Part shown: piece by piece, positions 25,622-38,000 of the stretch
Position numbering within the stretch: position 1 is the stretch's first letter
Layout of the letters: every line of letters starts with the position of its first letter
Virus record (IMG/VR): IMGVR_UViG_3300042484_001031
Span: 1-64,000 of that record
From: an uncultured virus (IMG/VR IMGVR_UViG_3300042484_001031)
Taxonomy: Duplodnaviria > Heunggongvirae > Uroviricota > Caudoviricetes
Reading direction: 5' to 3' (one strand)
DNA: 64,000 nt
Translations under genes and position numbers: made by a program
Notes under the pieces: model-generated
What the model was told of the DNA's origin: nothing
The model's input: the letters and a program-made list of their open reading frames with translations, nothing else
Database searches by the model: none

Positions 25622-27940
25622 TTAAAGCTTACAAGCTTCGCAATCTTCTTCATCCATATCATTAAAGCCACTTGGCAAATCTAATACAGTTTCATCTTGA
25701 CTCTTACTACCTGCTTTGTTAATCAAGCTATAGTAGAATGTTTTTAATCCCCACACATGTGCCTGCATCAAGTTCTTAGCAATCAATGTTGTTGGGACTT
25801 TTCTCTCAGGGAAATGTGCTGGATTATAAAACGTATTAGTACTTATGCTTTGATCAACATAGGCTGCAATCACAGCCGCTGTCTTTAAGTACCCGTCACA
25901 ATCTTTTTGATCCCACATCAATTGATATTTGTTTTTCAACTTATGATATTCTGGGACAACTTGTACAAAACTTCCTGCTTTACTTTCTTTAACTGAAATT
26001 AAACTCATTGGCATTTCAATACCATTAGTGCTATTGATAACTACACTACTAGATTCTACAGGAGCCACTGCCATTTGTGTAGCATTACGGACACCATGAC
26101 TACGCATCATAGCACGTAATCCTTCCCAATTCAATTCAGGTTCAAAGTTTGTTAATTCATTAACACCTTTAGCACGTAACTCCCAGGGAAATATACCTTG
26201 ACCATAACGTGTTTTATCACTATGTTCACATCGTCCACGTTCTTGTGCTAGTTCTACACTTGCTTCAGTTAAGTAGAAGGATAAGTGTTCCATCCACGTC
26301 TTGACTTCAGCCAATGCGTCTTTTTCTCCGTACTTGAGACTTCGCTTGGCGTGCCAGTAGGCAAGATTAGTGATTCCAATTCCAAGAGGTCTGATTTCAT
26401 CGTTTGATAATTTAGATTGAATGGATAGAAAGTCTTGATAGTCAAGAATGTTATTGAGGCTACGATGCAGTATGCGACAAGCACGGCGCATATCTTCTGG
26501 GTTACGGAACGCACCCCAATTAATACTGCCCAATGTGCAAAGAGCGATACGACCATCGCTGTCATCCAGACGTTTAAAGGATTTAGTAGGTAAAAGAATT
26601 TCACAGCATAAGTTACTCTGGTAAATTGTATGATATTCAGGATCAAATGGTCCCTGTTTCATTACGTTATCAACGAACACTAAGTAAATACGACCTGTAT
26701 CTGTTCGTTCTTTTAATATGCCTGACTTGAATACTTCTTCAGCCGACATTGTTTTCTTTCTCAGGTCTTTACGTTTTTCATATTTAACGTATAATTCTTC
26801 AAACAATTCTGTATTACTATAGAATGCTTGATAAAGATCAGGTACTTCGTTTGGATCAAAGAATGTTATTTGTTCTTTGTTTTTGAATCTTCTCCAGAAG
26901 AATGCGCTAAGAACAACCCCATAGTCCATGAACCTGACTCTAGTTTCGTCTGTTCCTTGATTGTTTTTAAGTACGATAAGATCATCAAACTGATGATGCC
27001 ATATAGGATAGAATACAGTAGCACTTGCATTGCGAATACCTCCTTGACTGCAACTACGTAAATCGCCGAACCATTTCTTTAAGAATGGTATCATGCCGGT
27101 GTGCATAATCTCGCCACCACGAATAGGACTACCTAATGGTCGTAGTCGTCCTATTTCTAAACCAATGCCAGCACGTTTGCTAGCATACTTTGCCATCATT
27201 TCTCCGCTAGCAAATATACTGTCCAGATCATCGTCACTGCGGATAAGTACGCAACTACTAAACTGTTTAGTAGGAGTCCCAAGACCAGCGAGAACAGGAG
27301 TAGCAAGAGTGAACAAGCCATCACTGGCTGCATTATAATATTCTTTAATATAACGCATGCGGGCACTATTAGGTTCTTCATTATGAAAGACTGTAGCGGC
27401 TGCAACCATGTATCTAACTTGAGGTGTTTCATATGTTTGTTTTGTTGATCTATTTTTTACTAGATATTTTTCAATCAATTGTTCAATGGCGGCATAACTA
27501 TATTGTTCGTCCTTAGAATGGTCAAGCATGTCGTCCATCTTGTTCCAATCTTCTTCACTGTACCATTCTAGTAGCTCTGGAGTATATAATCCTGTAGCAA
27601 CATTAGTTACTACAATATCATAAAGACGGGGAGGCTCATAGTTACCATACACATCTTTACGTAGCATTGATAATCTTTGTTTACCTGCTACATATTGATA
27701 GTTTGTATGACCTACGTCTGGATTGTTTTCTACATCTATTAAGTCTACAACCGCACGTAACGTAATTCCATCAATTTCTGTAGTTGAAATTCCATCATAG
27801 AAGTGTAATTGACTTTTAATCTCTACCATTGAAGGGCTAACATCAGCTATTCCTACACATATCTTTGCCACTTGCGCTTGCCATTTTTCTAACATTAATG
27901 GTTCTTTTGTCCCATTTCTCTTAGTGACGTATATTTTCAT
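25622..27940 (-). CDS. nrdA: ribonucleotide reductase class Ia alpha subunit
   Basis: ATP cone VTKRNG, QFSSC, SNLCCEI, GLKTFYY, C-terminal CEAC. Confidence 0.98.
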   Translation of the reverse strand: MKIYVTKRNGTKEPLMLEKWQAQVAKICVGIADVSPSMVEIKSQLHFYDGISTTEIDGITLRAVVDLIDVENNPDVGHTNYQYVAGKQRLSMLRKDVYGNYEPPRLYDIVVTNVATGLYTPELLEWYSEEDWNKMDDMLDHSKDEQYSYAAIEQLIEKYLVKNRSTKQTYETPQVRYMVAAATVFHNEEPNSARMRYIKEYYNAASDGLFTLATPVLAGLGTPTKQFSSCVLIRSDDDLDSIFASGEMMAKYASKRAGIGLEIGRLRPLGSPIRGGEIMHTGMIPFLKKWFGDLRSCSQGGIRNASATVFYPIWHHQFDDLIVLKNNQGTDETRVRFMDYGVVLSAFFWRRFKNKEQITFFDPNEVPDLYQAFYSNTELFEELYVKYEKRKDLRKKTMSAEEVFKSGILKERTDTGRIYLVFVDNVMKQGPFDPEYHTIYQSNLCCEILLPTKSFKRLDDSDGRIALCTLGSINWGAFRNPEDMRRACRILHRSLNNILDYQDFLSIQSKLSNDEIRPLGIGITNLAYWHAKRSLKYGEKDALAEVKTWMEHLSFYLTEASVELAQERGRCEHSDKTRYGQGIFPWELRAKGVNELTNFEPELNWEGLRAMMRSHGVRNATQMAVAPVESSSVVINSTNGIEMPMSLISVKESKAGSFVQVVPEYHKLKNKYQLMWDQKDCDGYLKTAAVIAAYVDQSISTNTFYNPAHFPERKVPTTLIAKNLMQAHVWGLKTFYYSLINKAGSKSQDETVLDLPSGFNDMDEEDCEACKL

Positions 27941-27942
27941 TT

Positions 27943-28380
27943 TTACCCTATCTTATTATTAATTGTTGTTATATCTAATTTGCTTACTATATTAAATTCT
28001 TGTAGATTATTACTTATCACCGTATCAGGCCAGTAATTAAGTATATATTTTGCGTTGTCTACCAATACTAATGGTACTTCATTGCTATCAATGTCCTTAG
28101 CCAAAACGTATTCTATGTCAGTAATATTCATTAATAATAGAGTATAACACATTCCTAGACCTCTTGCAAGTGGACAATAGGTGTTTTCTACCAAAAGTTC
28201 CCAAGGACCAGGCCAATTGGGTAAATCAGTTGGGTGAAGATAGTGATTGATTAATGGCGCACATTGCCACCATTTATCTATTTCCACACATTGTTGACTT
28301 AAATCAAAGTTTTTGATTTGATTGCGTAAATTATACCAAGATTGTAATCTATTGTCGTAAGACGATTGAAATGTATTCAT
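27943..28380 (-). CDS. hypothetical protein (possible transglutaminase-like Cys fold)
   Basis: WPGPWELL...YCPLARGLGMCYTL...YILNY. Confidence 0.55.
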   Translation of the reverse strand: MNTFQSSYDNRLQSWYNLRNQIKNFDLSQQCVEIDKWWQCAPLINHYLHPTDLPNWPGPWELLVENTYCPLARGLGMCYTLLLMNITDIEYVLAKDIDSNEVPLVLVDNAKYILNYWPDTVISNNLQEFNIVSKLDITTINNKIG

Positions 28381-28425
28381 TAGATAACTACTTATCTAAA
28401 ATTAAAAGATAGCTAACTTTGTTAC

Positions 28426-28722
28426 TTAAAAGAAAGAAGAAAAGTTACCTTGTACTACAGACGGTGCTGTAAAGTTCCATCCATTATTGTTACCAAGATC
28501 AGTAGAAGTTAAATTAGAAAAGAAAGCAGATGATACATTACTATCTTGTATGCTTAAGTAATTTACGTTAGCTGTGCCTGTAGGTTTAGTCAATGTAAAT
28601 TGAGTACCCGAAACAGAGCTATTAATAGTTACAGGTGCACCGGATTCTCCTGTCATAGTGAAGTTAGTAATTGTAGTAGTAGAACCTGCTTCAAAGGTAA
28701 TAGTTGTTGCGTATTGTGTCAT
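28426..28722 (-). CDS. small tail-fibre-associated beta protein
   Basis: Thr/Ser-rich 98 aa; SD AAGGA. Confidence 0.7.
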   Translation of the reverse strand: MTQYATTITFEAGSTTTITNFTMTGESGAPVTINSSVSGTQFTLTKPTGTANVNYLSIQDSNVSSAFFSNLTSTDLGNNNGWNFTAPSVVQGNFSSFF

Positions 28723-28733
28723 GGGTTATTCCT

Positions 28734-31700
28734 TTAGAATATATCACCTGTATTTGTTGATGGGAATGCCCTACCACTACCCCATATAATACGTACTATT
28801 CCACCGCCACCGGTACCGCCGGCTGCTGATTGATATTGGAATGCGCCACCGCCGCCACCGCCGCCACCATAGTTACCACCATTAGCTCCGGGTAATACAG
28901 CTTGGAATTGAAACGGTGAGCCTGTTCCGCCTTGTGTGCCTTGAGAGCTAGGTGAAACATATGAGCCACCGCCACCACCTGTTATAAGTGCGTTAGATCC
29001 AGGAGCACCATTTGTGCCTTGACCAAATGAACCTACACCGCCACCACCAGCTCCGGCTGATGCATAAGATCCATTACTAACACCGGCTGTAGCACCACCA
29101 CCGCCACCACCGCCACCTGATCCTGCGCCGGGTTCAGGTCCTAGTGTGCCTGAACCAGAGAATCCTGCGCCAGCACCGCCGTTGCCTGCGTAACCGCCTG
29201 CGCCACCACCACCTGATGCACCTGAACCCCAGCCACCACCAGTACCACCTATACCGCCATTGCCACCACCATCGCCCACGTATGTTCCACCGGCTCTATT
29301 CTGATATCCCATCATACCACCGCCACCTTTAACAGTTGCAGGACTGACAAAATAACTATCGCCCCCTGCTAAGTTGCTAGTGCCGCCTGCTCCTGCAACA
29401 ACAGTATATGATTGTCCTGGTGTGACAGCTATGTTGTTTTTCCAACCTAATCCACCGCCACCGCCACCATCACCATTGTGATATGCTCCAGGGGGACCGT
29501 AACCAGCATAATCTCCTCCTCCGCCGCCTCCGATACATACTACACAGACATTCAATACACCAGCAGGTACTACCCATGAATACGTACCCGGAGTAGTAAA
29601 TGCTGCTTGGAATAAGTCGTTATTTATCATGTTAGGACTTATTTGAATATCTTGGAACGTATTAGAACCAGTAATAGTTAAAGCACCTACACCTTCTTGT
29701 ATCAAAGTACCATATGTGCCTCCGCCACCAGCAAATGTTTTTACATCAGGATTATACATGTTTATATTGTACCCAGAGCCAGTGAATCCAGCTCCCGAAG
29801 TTACTGTCCAAGCATAACCAACTGTAATTGTACCACCCGTACCTGTTATAGACCTAGATCCAGTGCCAGTTGAACTTACATAACCCAACGTTAATGTTCT
29901 TGCATTTAAATTTAAGTTACCTTCATTTAATGCATAGGTACAACTACTTATTAATGTCAAATTAGCTGACAGTACTAAATTGCCGCCCGTCTGTGTAAAT
30001 GTAGTTAATGTGCTAAGATTTCCAGTATCATATGTAAATGTACCACCTGTTAAATTTAAGCTAGTAGATGTTACTGATGCGTTGGCACCAAATGTTAAAT
30101 CTGCGCCTGTACTAAATGAAGAAGATGCTACAGTACCAACATTTAATAATGTACCAGTTGTAGAGCTAAAGGCACCTGAACATGTTAATGTATAATTAGC
30201 AAAATCTATTGTACCTGTAGTTTGTGTAAAAGTACTACATGTTAAATTACTACCTAATGTAGTTGTTCCCGGTGAGTTAGTAACAACGGCTGCTATAGTT
30301 TTTCCGTTACTAGTAACTGTACCTGTACCACGCATAGTAATTGATAATCCAGTATATGTTCCACTACTAGATAATGTTAATCCATTAAGATTTAGTGAGG
30401 TGGTTGCTAAAGTAAATGCAGTAGTACCAAAACTTAAATTATTAAAATAACTACCAGATGTAAGTGTTGCAATTGCAGTGCCTGTACCAGTTAGTGTTAA
30501 ACTAGGTGCATTTGAATATGAACCGCCTGTAGTACCAAATGTAAATGTTCTAGTAACATTAGCTTCTGCAGTAAATCCGCCAGTACCAGTCACGGTACAA
30601 TTAGTAGCATTTGCCATGTTAAGAACAGTTTGTCCTGCTGTAGAATGTGCTAATACAATATTACCAGTGCCAAAATCAATTGAGCGGGCAGTACTATTAG
30701 TTGAACTGAATATACCTGTTGTTAAATTAACACTGGTTAGTATTAAATTACCAGCATTGAATGTATATGTTCCGGTCGCAGTCATTGCATATGCTTTTGC
30801 AAATGTTACAGTACCGGCATTATGAGTAAAAGTAGGGGTAGCAGTAAATGTACCATCTGTAAAAGTAAATGATCCTGAATCAATCACAAAACTTGTACTT
30901 GCTGTTAGTGTTCCACTAGTTAACTCAAATGTTGCACCTAATGTAAATGTAGTGCAACTAAGAGTACCTATATTAGAATATATACCGGATGTGAAAGTAA
31001 TGGTCCCTGTACTTGTTAAACTATTAGTAGCAAAGTTTATATCACCAGATGTTTGTGTTAATGATGAGCATCCGCCCGAACCAGTAAAAGTACTTGTACC
31101 GGAATGATTAATTGTTAATGGACCAATTGTTTTACCACCAAGATTAATGTTTCCTGTACCTAGTATATTAAAAGTTAAAAGATTGGTACTACTAAGACCA
31201 CCCGATAGATATAAAGTATTACAATTTAAAGTAGTAGATGTTCCTATAGCAAAACTTGTACTACCAAAGTCTAAGATATTAAACCAACTTCCACTAGCCA
31301 ATGATATTACACCACTCGTACCAGTAATAGTCAAATTGAGTGCAGTAGTAGAAGAACCACCGCCGCCGTTGGCCATAGTAACAGTACGTGATCTATCTGC
31401 GGGTACAGTAAATCCACCGGTACCAGTATATGTAAAGTTAGTAATATTAGACATATTTATTACATTACTACCACTAGTGCTATAATATGCATTAATTATA
31501 CCAGTACCAAAATTAATAGTACGTACATTACTATTATTAGAACTAAATATACCTACGGATAAAGTAAACCCATCAACTGTTAGTGTACCTGAACTAAATG
31601 AATAAGTAGACAACGTATTCATAGAATATGATTTTAGAAAGGTAACCGTACCTGCAGTATGTGTGAAAGTTGTAAAAGTTGTACCTAACGAGCCTGATGC

Positions 31701-34700
31701 ACCTAAAGTAAAGCTTCCTGAATTAATTACAATAGATGTAGTAGGATTTAAACTACCGCTGTTGACAGTAACACTGGTATCGTTGTTTACAGTGAAAGTA
31801 GTACATGCGGTAGTACCAAAATTAATTAAACTTCCTCCATTGACTGTAATTGCACCAGTTGTATTAAATATATAACCATTAAAATTTAATGTAGTATTAG
31901 CTATATGAGTGTATGGTTGAGCAGTATAGAAGTCCGCTTGTAATGTAATTGATGCACCTGTTGCTAGGTATAAATTATTAATAAGTTTTCCACTATTACT
32001 ATTAGAAATGGTACCAGTACCATACATAGTAACATTAAAACTAGTAAATATTGGTCCAGTACCTAACTCTAATACTCTAACATAAGGACCGGCACCACCG
32101 GCTATAGGATCTCCAGTTGTACCTATAAAGCTTAATGTATCAAGCCAACTACCTGCACTTATAGTTGGATCATTCGTTCCTGCATTAAAATACAGTTTGA
32201 TAGCATTAGAAGCAGATCCACCGCTACTATTACCAAAACTAACAGTACCGGTAGCGGCTTGTGTGCCTTTAAACCCCCCTGTACCTGTCCATGTAAAATT
32301 AGTAGCATCACTCATACTAATACTACCCTGTGTAGTTATAATGTATGATGTACCAAAATTAATACTTCTAACTAAATTAGAACTTGAGCTAAATGACCCA
32401 ACTGTTAAATCTGCATTTAAGACTAATCCACAAGGATTAGATGTTGCAAAAGTACAAGTAGCGGACATTACAGTAGAACTTGTTATTGTAATATCACCAC
32501 TAGTAGTTGGATTAATATTTAAAGAGCTAAATGTTCTGCCATTACCTGATATTGTTCCACCTGAGTCTACTATATTAAAACTCATAGCACTATGTGTAGC
32601 ACTAGTACCTAGATTTAATGACCTAATATTTAAGTTTGTGCCTGTAATAGTAGCAGTAGATCCAGTAGTATCAATTGTATTAAACCAACTACCTGCTGAA
32701 ATATCAGGTGAACTTGAACTACCAGTTAACACTAGTTTTGGGGCATTAGCGATTGAGGCACCTCCACCATTACCAAAAGTTATAACTCTAACTCGGTCAG
32801 TTTGTACAGTAAATCCACCGGTACCAGTATATGTAAAGTTAGTAATATTAGACATATCTAGTACCGTTAGTCCAGAAGTCAGTGGATAGGTTAAATTAAC
32901 AGTTCCAGTACCAAATAATATAGATCGGGTATTTGTATTATTAGACGAAAAAGATGGTGTAGATAGTGTAATATCAGTTATATCTAATACACCTGTATTA
33001 AATAAATATTTACCATTTGAACTACCACTTAGCATAGTATATGATTTTCTTAAAATCATAGTACCTGCATTTTGTGTGATCAATGGAACCGAACCTAAAG
33101 TGCCGCCGGCTCCGGCAGCTAAAGTAAAAGATCCGGAATTGAGTGTGAAAGTACCAGAGGTAGAATTAAAAGTTATACTGCCGTTATCCAATACATAATT
33201 TGGACCAGTATGTACATAATTGTAACAAGCGATGGTGCCGCTATTTAAAGTTAATGTACCACCGGTATACGTAAACGTACCTGTTGGTAATGAGCATGTT
33301 AAAGTAAACCCTGCTAAATCTAATGTGTTGGCTGCATGAGTATATAATGTAACTGCTAATGCGCTAGTTAACGTTACTGTGCCGCCACTTGGTGCAGTAA
33401 AAGTATATAATTGTTTACCACTACCACTGACAGTACTAGTAGCACCGTAAAAATCTATTTGCAATCCTGTATAAGCTGTAGTAGCGCCAGCTGTACTAGA
33501 TAAAATTACTGAATTTGCATATACTGATGATACTGAAGGGGCTGTAGCACCTACTGGTATAGTATTTTCTGAGCAATTTAATGTTTTAAACCAGCTACCA
33601 CCTGACAATGATATCCTTCTAGATGCTGAACCTGAACCTGTTATAAACATATTAATTGCGTTATCAGCAGAGCCACCTGCACTATTACCATAACTAACAG
33701 TCTGACTGGCAGATGCATTGGGACAAATTCCACCTGTACCACTCCAAGTAAAATTTCTAACATCCGACATATTAAATCCGCCGGATGTTGAAACAATGTT
33801 AGTAGTTCCAAAATTTATACTGCGAACCAATGTACTAGAGGAATTGAACGTACCAGTGGTAAGAGTATATCCATTAAGTACTATTATAGAAGGGTTAGAA
33901 GTACCAAATGTAGTAGTACCACTAACAATTATATTACTAACAAGAGTACTAGTTCCATTGGATTGTATATCTAAAGTATTGATAGTTCTAGTACCCATAT
34001 TTAAAGTACCGGTACCTCTTACATTAACAGTAAGTGGATATGTACTTGTACTGCTACCTAATATTATACTGTTAACATTATATGTTGCAGATGCGGGTGT
34101 AGATGAAGTACCTCCTAAATCTAGCATATTAAACCAACTACCACTACTAATACCATATACACTACTACCACTAGTTAAATATAAATTAGGAGCATTGGCT
34201 GAACTCATTCCGCCACCATTACCAAAACTAAATAGTCTAGTACGTGACATTACTGAACGGAATCCACCGGTACCTGTCCATGAAAAATTAGTCCCGTTTC
34301 CCATTTCAATATTAGTATTACTATTCGATGAAAATGCTACATCAATATACCCTGAACCAAATAATATCGCACGTGTATTTGAATTACTAGAATTAAATTT
34401 ACCAGTTGATATTGTGAAACTAGCTAAATCTAATGTACCACTAGTGAATTCTATAGTACCTGCTACTTTAACATTCAATGCGCTTCCTAATGTCCAAGTA
34501 CCTACGCCAGTAAATGTTAATGTATCGCAGTTCAATGTAATACCATTAGTAGTTACTGTATTAGTAGTACTTGAATTAAATGTCAGTGTACCTGTACCAC
34601 TCCAAGTAGTACTACTTAATGACATACTGCCATATACTGTAAGTGCACCTGTTCCTGAAAACGTAGTGCTACTAGTTACAGTCATGTTCCTACAAACACC

Positions 34701-34856
34701 ACCAGATAAAGTTACTGTACCACCAGATGGGAAAAATACATCATCAGCACTTGTAGGGGCACTGGCACCACCCGCACCACCTGAAGTAGCACTCCAACGT
34801 GTAGTGGTACTTGTATTCCAAGTTCCACTGCCGCCTATCCAATATCTGTCTGCCAT
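28734..34856 (-). CDS. giant adhesin-like tail fibre/spike (2040 aa) with C-terminal Gly-rich domain
   Basis: About five internal repeats (FSSxNxxxRxIxFG / TGTGG / GSWFN); Gly-rich domain from FTTPGTYSWVVPAGV. Confidence 0.8.
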   Translation of the reverse strand: MADRYWIGGSGTWNTSTTTRWSATSGGAGGASAPTSADDVFFPSGGTVTLSGGVCRNMTVTSSTTFSGTGALTVYGSMSLSSTTWSGTGTLTFNSSTTNTVTTNGITLNCDTLTFTGVGTWTLGSALNVKVAGTIEFTSGTLDLASFTISTGKFNSSNSNTRAILFGSGYIDVAFSSNSNTNIEMGNGTNFSWTGTGGFRSVMSRTRLFSFGNGGGMSSANAPNLYLTSGSSVYGISSGSWFNMLDLGGTSSTPASATYNVNSIILGSSTSTYPLTVNVRGTGTLNMGTRTINTLDIQSNGTSTLVSNIIVSGTTTFGTSNPSIIVLNGYTLTTGTFNSSSTLVRSINFGTTNIVSTSGGFNMSDVRNFTWSGTGGICPNASASQTVSYGNSAGGSADNAINMFITGSGSASRRISLSGGSWFKTLNCSENTIPVGATAPSVSSVYANSVILSSTAGATTAYTGLQIDFYGATSTVSGSGKQLYTFTAPSGGTVTLTSALAVTLYTHAANTLDLAGFTLTCSLPTGTFTYTGGTLTLNSGTIACYNYVHTGPNYVLDNGSITFNSTSGTFTLNSGSFTLAAGAGGTLGSVPLITQNAGTMILRKSYTMLSGSSNGKYLFNTGVLDITDITLSTPSFSSNNTNTRSILFGTGTVNLTYPLTSGLTVLDMSNITNFTYTGTGGFTVQTDRVRVITFGNGGGASIANAPKLVLTGSSSSPDISAGSWFNTIDTTGSTATITGTNLNIRSLNLGTSATHSAMSFNIVDSGGTISGNGRTFSSLNINPTTSGDITITSSTVMSATCTFATSNPCGLVLNADLTVGSFSSSSNLVRSINFGTSYIITTQGSISMSDATNFTWTGTGGFKGTQAATGTVSFGNSSGGSASNAIKLYFNAGTNDPTISAGSWLDTLSFIGTTGDPIAGGAGPYVRVLELGTGPIFTSFNVTMYGTGTISNSNSGKLINNLYLATGASITLQADFYTAQPYTHIANTTLNFNGYIFNTTGAITVNGGSLINFGTTACTTFTVNNDTSVTVNSGSLNPTTSIVINSGSFTLGASGSLGTTFTTFTHTAGTVTFLKSYSMNTLSTYSFSSGTLTVDGFTLSVGIFSSNNSNVRTINFGTGIINAYYSTSGSNVINMSNITNFTYTGTGGFTVPADRSRTVTMANGGGGSSTTALNLTITGTSGVISLASGSWFNILDFGSTSFAIGTSTTLNCNTLYLSGGLSSTNLLTFNILGTGNINLGGKTIGPLTINHSGTSTFTGSGGCSSLTQTSGDINFATNSLTSTGTITFTSGIYSNIGTLSCTTFTLGATFELTSGTLTASTSFVIDSGSFTFTDGTFTATPTFTHNAGTVTFAKAYAMTATGTYTFNAGNLILTSVNLTTGIFSSTNSTARSIDFGTGNIVLAHSTAGQTVLNMANATNCTVTGTGGFTAEANVTRTFTFGTTGGSYSNAPSLTLTGTGTAIATLTSGSYFNNLSFGTTAFTLATTSLNLNGLTLSSSGTYTGLSITMRGTGTVTSNGKTIAAVVTNSPGTTTLGSNLTCSTFTQTTGTIDFANYTLTCSGAFSSTTGTLLNVGTVASSSFSTGADLTFGANASVTSTSLNLTGGTFTYDTGNLSTLTTFTQTGGNLVLSANLTLISSCTYALNEGNLNLNARTLTLGYVSSTGTGSRSITGTGGTITVGYAWTVTSGAGFTGSGYNINMYNPDVKTFAGGGGTYGTLIQEGVGALTITGSNTFQDIQISPNMINNDLFQAAFTTPGTYSWVVPAGVLNVCVVCIGGGGGGDYAGYGPPGAYHNGDGGGGGGLGWKNNIAVTPGQSYTVVAGAGGTSNLAGGDSYFVSPATVKGGGGMMGYQNRAGGTYVGDGGGNGGIGGTGGGWGSGASGGGGAGGYAGNGGAGAGFSGSGTLGPEPGAGSGGGGGGGGATAGVSNGSYASAGAGGGGVGSFGQGTNGAPGSNALITGGGGGSYVSPSSQGTQGGTGSPFQFQAVLPGANGGNYGGGGGGGGAFQYQSAAGGTGGGGIVRIIWGSGRAFPSTNTGDIF

Positions 34857-34873
34857 ATTTTATTCTTTAATTA

Positions 34874-35080
34874 TTAAGGATTTTCGTCTGTAGGCACAGC
34901 ATTAATCATATCATGCCAAGCAGTATATCTCTCTAGTTTAATTGCTTCAATTGTTTCAATTGATGTATTAGCATACTCTTCCTGAGTCATCCATATAGCA
35001 TCTCTGTAAATTTGAGTACCTTCACCTTTTGTGAAGATTACTTGTACTTGTCCATTAATTTGATTTATAGTATCTTCCAT
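34874..35080 (-). CDS. small fibre-associated protein
   Basis: 68 aa, SD AAGGA, between fibre genes. Confidence 0.7.
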   Translation of the reverse strand: MEDTINQINGQVQVIFTKGEGTQIYRDAIWMTQEEYANTSIETIEAIKLERYTAWHDMINAVPTDENP

Positions 35081-35094
35081 GTATTATTCCTTAA

Positions 35095-38000
35095 TTAAAA
35101 TCCAAAGTTCTTAGAAATTACATTCCATTTTGATTGCGTTGAATTATAAATAAATCCCACGTAATCATATTTACTACTTCCAGATGATGTTGAAGGTAAA
35201 TTCAAATCCGTTGATCCGTTAAATACTGCATTCCAACTAAATGTTTGTACATTAGTAGATTGTAATCTAAACATAAGTTTTTGTCCTTGATATGGTGTGC
35301 CTGATGGTGCTGCAATAGTTAATGTACCGGCCGTTTGTGTATTAGTTTGAATAGCTAGATCAGTAATATCCGCATTGATAGTAACTGTCGTACCGTCTGC
35401 AATAGTGTCAATTCTAGGTTTTATAGCAGCTGAAACTCCACTACTGCTTACAGTAACAACGTTTGCAACACCAGCAACACCCATTGTAATATTACCATCA
35501 ACTGTGGCAATATTAACATTACTTGTACCATTACTAATAGATGCACCACCACCACCGCCACCACCTGATGCAATCCAACTTAATCCACCTGCGCCATTTG
35601 TGCTTAATACATAACCATTAGTACCGCCGGTGATAACAACATTTCCTACAGCACCTAAATTACTTTGCCCAGTTACATTTAATGTACCTGTAATATTTGC
35701 ACCAGTAGTTGTTACAACTAATACATTTGCGGTTCCGCCTACACTTGTAGTTACGTTACCGCCTGATGTAGCTATATCGACAATGCTGGTACCATTACTA
35801 ATAGATGCACCACCACCACCGCCACCACCTGATGCAATCCAACTTAATCCACCTGCGCCATTTGTGCTTAATACATAACCATTAGTACCGCCGGTAATTA
35901 TTACATTAGCATTAGAACCTAAATTAGCAGTACTAGTAACAACAAAGTTATTAGCTGTTAATGTTGTTGTTGTTTTATTAAAAGTAAGACCGGCATTTCC
36001 GCCAAAAGCACTAGAATCATTAAATTGTACTTGAGTATCAGTTCCACCGGGTGATCCTCCACCTCCTGATTGTGCTACCCAACTTAATGTACTAGATCCA
36101 TCTGTACTTAGTACATAGCCATTAGTACCACCTGATATATGTAAATTAGCTACTGCACCCAATGTTACATTAGCTGTAGTTGTAAAATCAACTACACCAG
36201 TTACATTGCTTACTGTTAATCCAGTCAATGATCCAACACTTGTAATGTTACCTTGTGCATTTCCTGTTACAAAACCAGAAAAGTTGGCATTAGCTACATT
36301 ACCTGTAACATTACCACCTGCTACACTATTAGCAGTTCCAACTGTTATGTTCGCAACATTTGCGTCGGTTACAACAATGTTACCATTCATGCCTCCATGA
36401 ATAGAACATTGATATTTGTAATTACCTACTATGCCATATGGAACCTTCCAGTACAATGTTCCTGCTATTTGTCCTTGGGCTGATGTAGTAGTTAATACCG
36501 TTCCTGCAGTATCAACATATTCTAAACCAGTACTATAATTTGCGCCACCACTTGTTTGAATTAAGAACGGATGACCCGATACATTCAAATTAAATGCTAA
36601 TGTTTGACCACTAGTAATGTATATTGCAGGATTGAGTGTAGCGCCATATTGGTCAAATAGATATCCACTTGCTCCACTAGCAGTGACATTTAGTCGTGTT
36701 GTTGCTTGTAGATATAATTCGTCTGTAGTCAATCCGGCGGTACTAAAAGTTGTAATGTTACCAAAAGTTAATGCACTTAATTGACTGCCGTTACCAGTAA
36801 AGAAGTTAGCTGTTACTAGATTGCCTAAGTTAGCATTACCGCTTGTAGTATTACCAGTTACATCTAAACTAGTTAATGAACCAACTGAAGTTATGTTTGG
36901 TTGAGCATTTGTATATACAGTACCAGAAATTAATGCGTTAGCTACTTGACCAGTGATGTTACTAGCTGTTATATTACTTAAGTTATTACCAGCTCCACTA
37001 AAGAAATTAGCTATTGCTAGATTACCTAAATTAGCATTACCAGCAGATATATTACCAGTAGCAATAAATGTATTAGCACTGATAACATTTGCGTTAGTGA
37101 TGTTACCACCTGAACCATTACCGGCAATGATATTACCTGCACTTAGATTACCGGTTATGTTTGCTGTGCCTGATATGTTTGCACCAGTTCCAGTAACTAT
37201 CATAGTTGTATTACCAACAGCAGTTAAATTGATATTTCCATTTGCAGCCGGTATGTTTACATTACTATTGCCGTTACTAATACTTGCTCCACCACCTCCA
37301 CCGCCTGATTGAGCTACCCAACTTAATGTGCCTGCACCATCTGTACTTAGTACGTATGCGTTTGTACCGCCACTGATATGTAAGTTACCAACAGCACCCA
37401 ATGTTACGTTTGCTGTGGTTGTAAAATCAACTACACCAGTTACATTGCTTACTGTTAACCCAGTTAATGAGCCAACACTTGTAATGTTTGGTTGAGCATT
37501 TGTATATACAGTACTTGATATTAGTGCATTGGGTACTTGTCCTGATACATTACCACCTTGTATATTGCTTAAATTATTACCACTACCAGTAAAGAAGTTA
37601 GCTGTTACTGTATTACCTAATTGTGCGTTACCAGAACGAATGTTAGCTAAGGTATCATAAGTTACTACTTCTGATGATATACTTACATTAGACCCAAATG
37701 CTATTTCTGCATTACTTATATCCCAACCCATCCATGCAATCTTTGCGCTTGTATCATAGTAGTTTAATGCAGTACCAACATCTTTGCCACTATTAGCTAC
37801 TGGGGCAGCTCCATTTGGTCCTGTTTGTAAATTAATGATTGGATCACTGATAGATAATGTAGTTGAATTTATGTACGTTAGTGTACCATTAACAGTTAAA
37901 TTACCACCAAATACACCGTTTCCTGATACTGATATATCTGTTAATGTCCCTACACTTGTTATGTTTGGTTGAGCATTTGTATATATTGTGCCTGACACTA

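Noticed and set aside
24512..27940. Intron, intein or unusual metal class in nrdA/nrdB
   Set aside because: Normal lengths; canonical class Ia ligands and radical tyrosine present.
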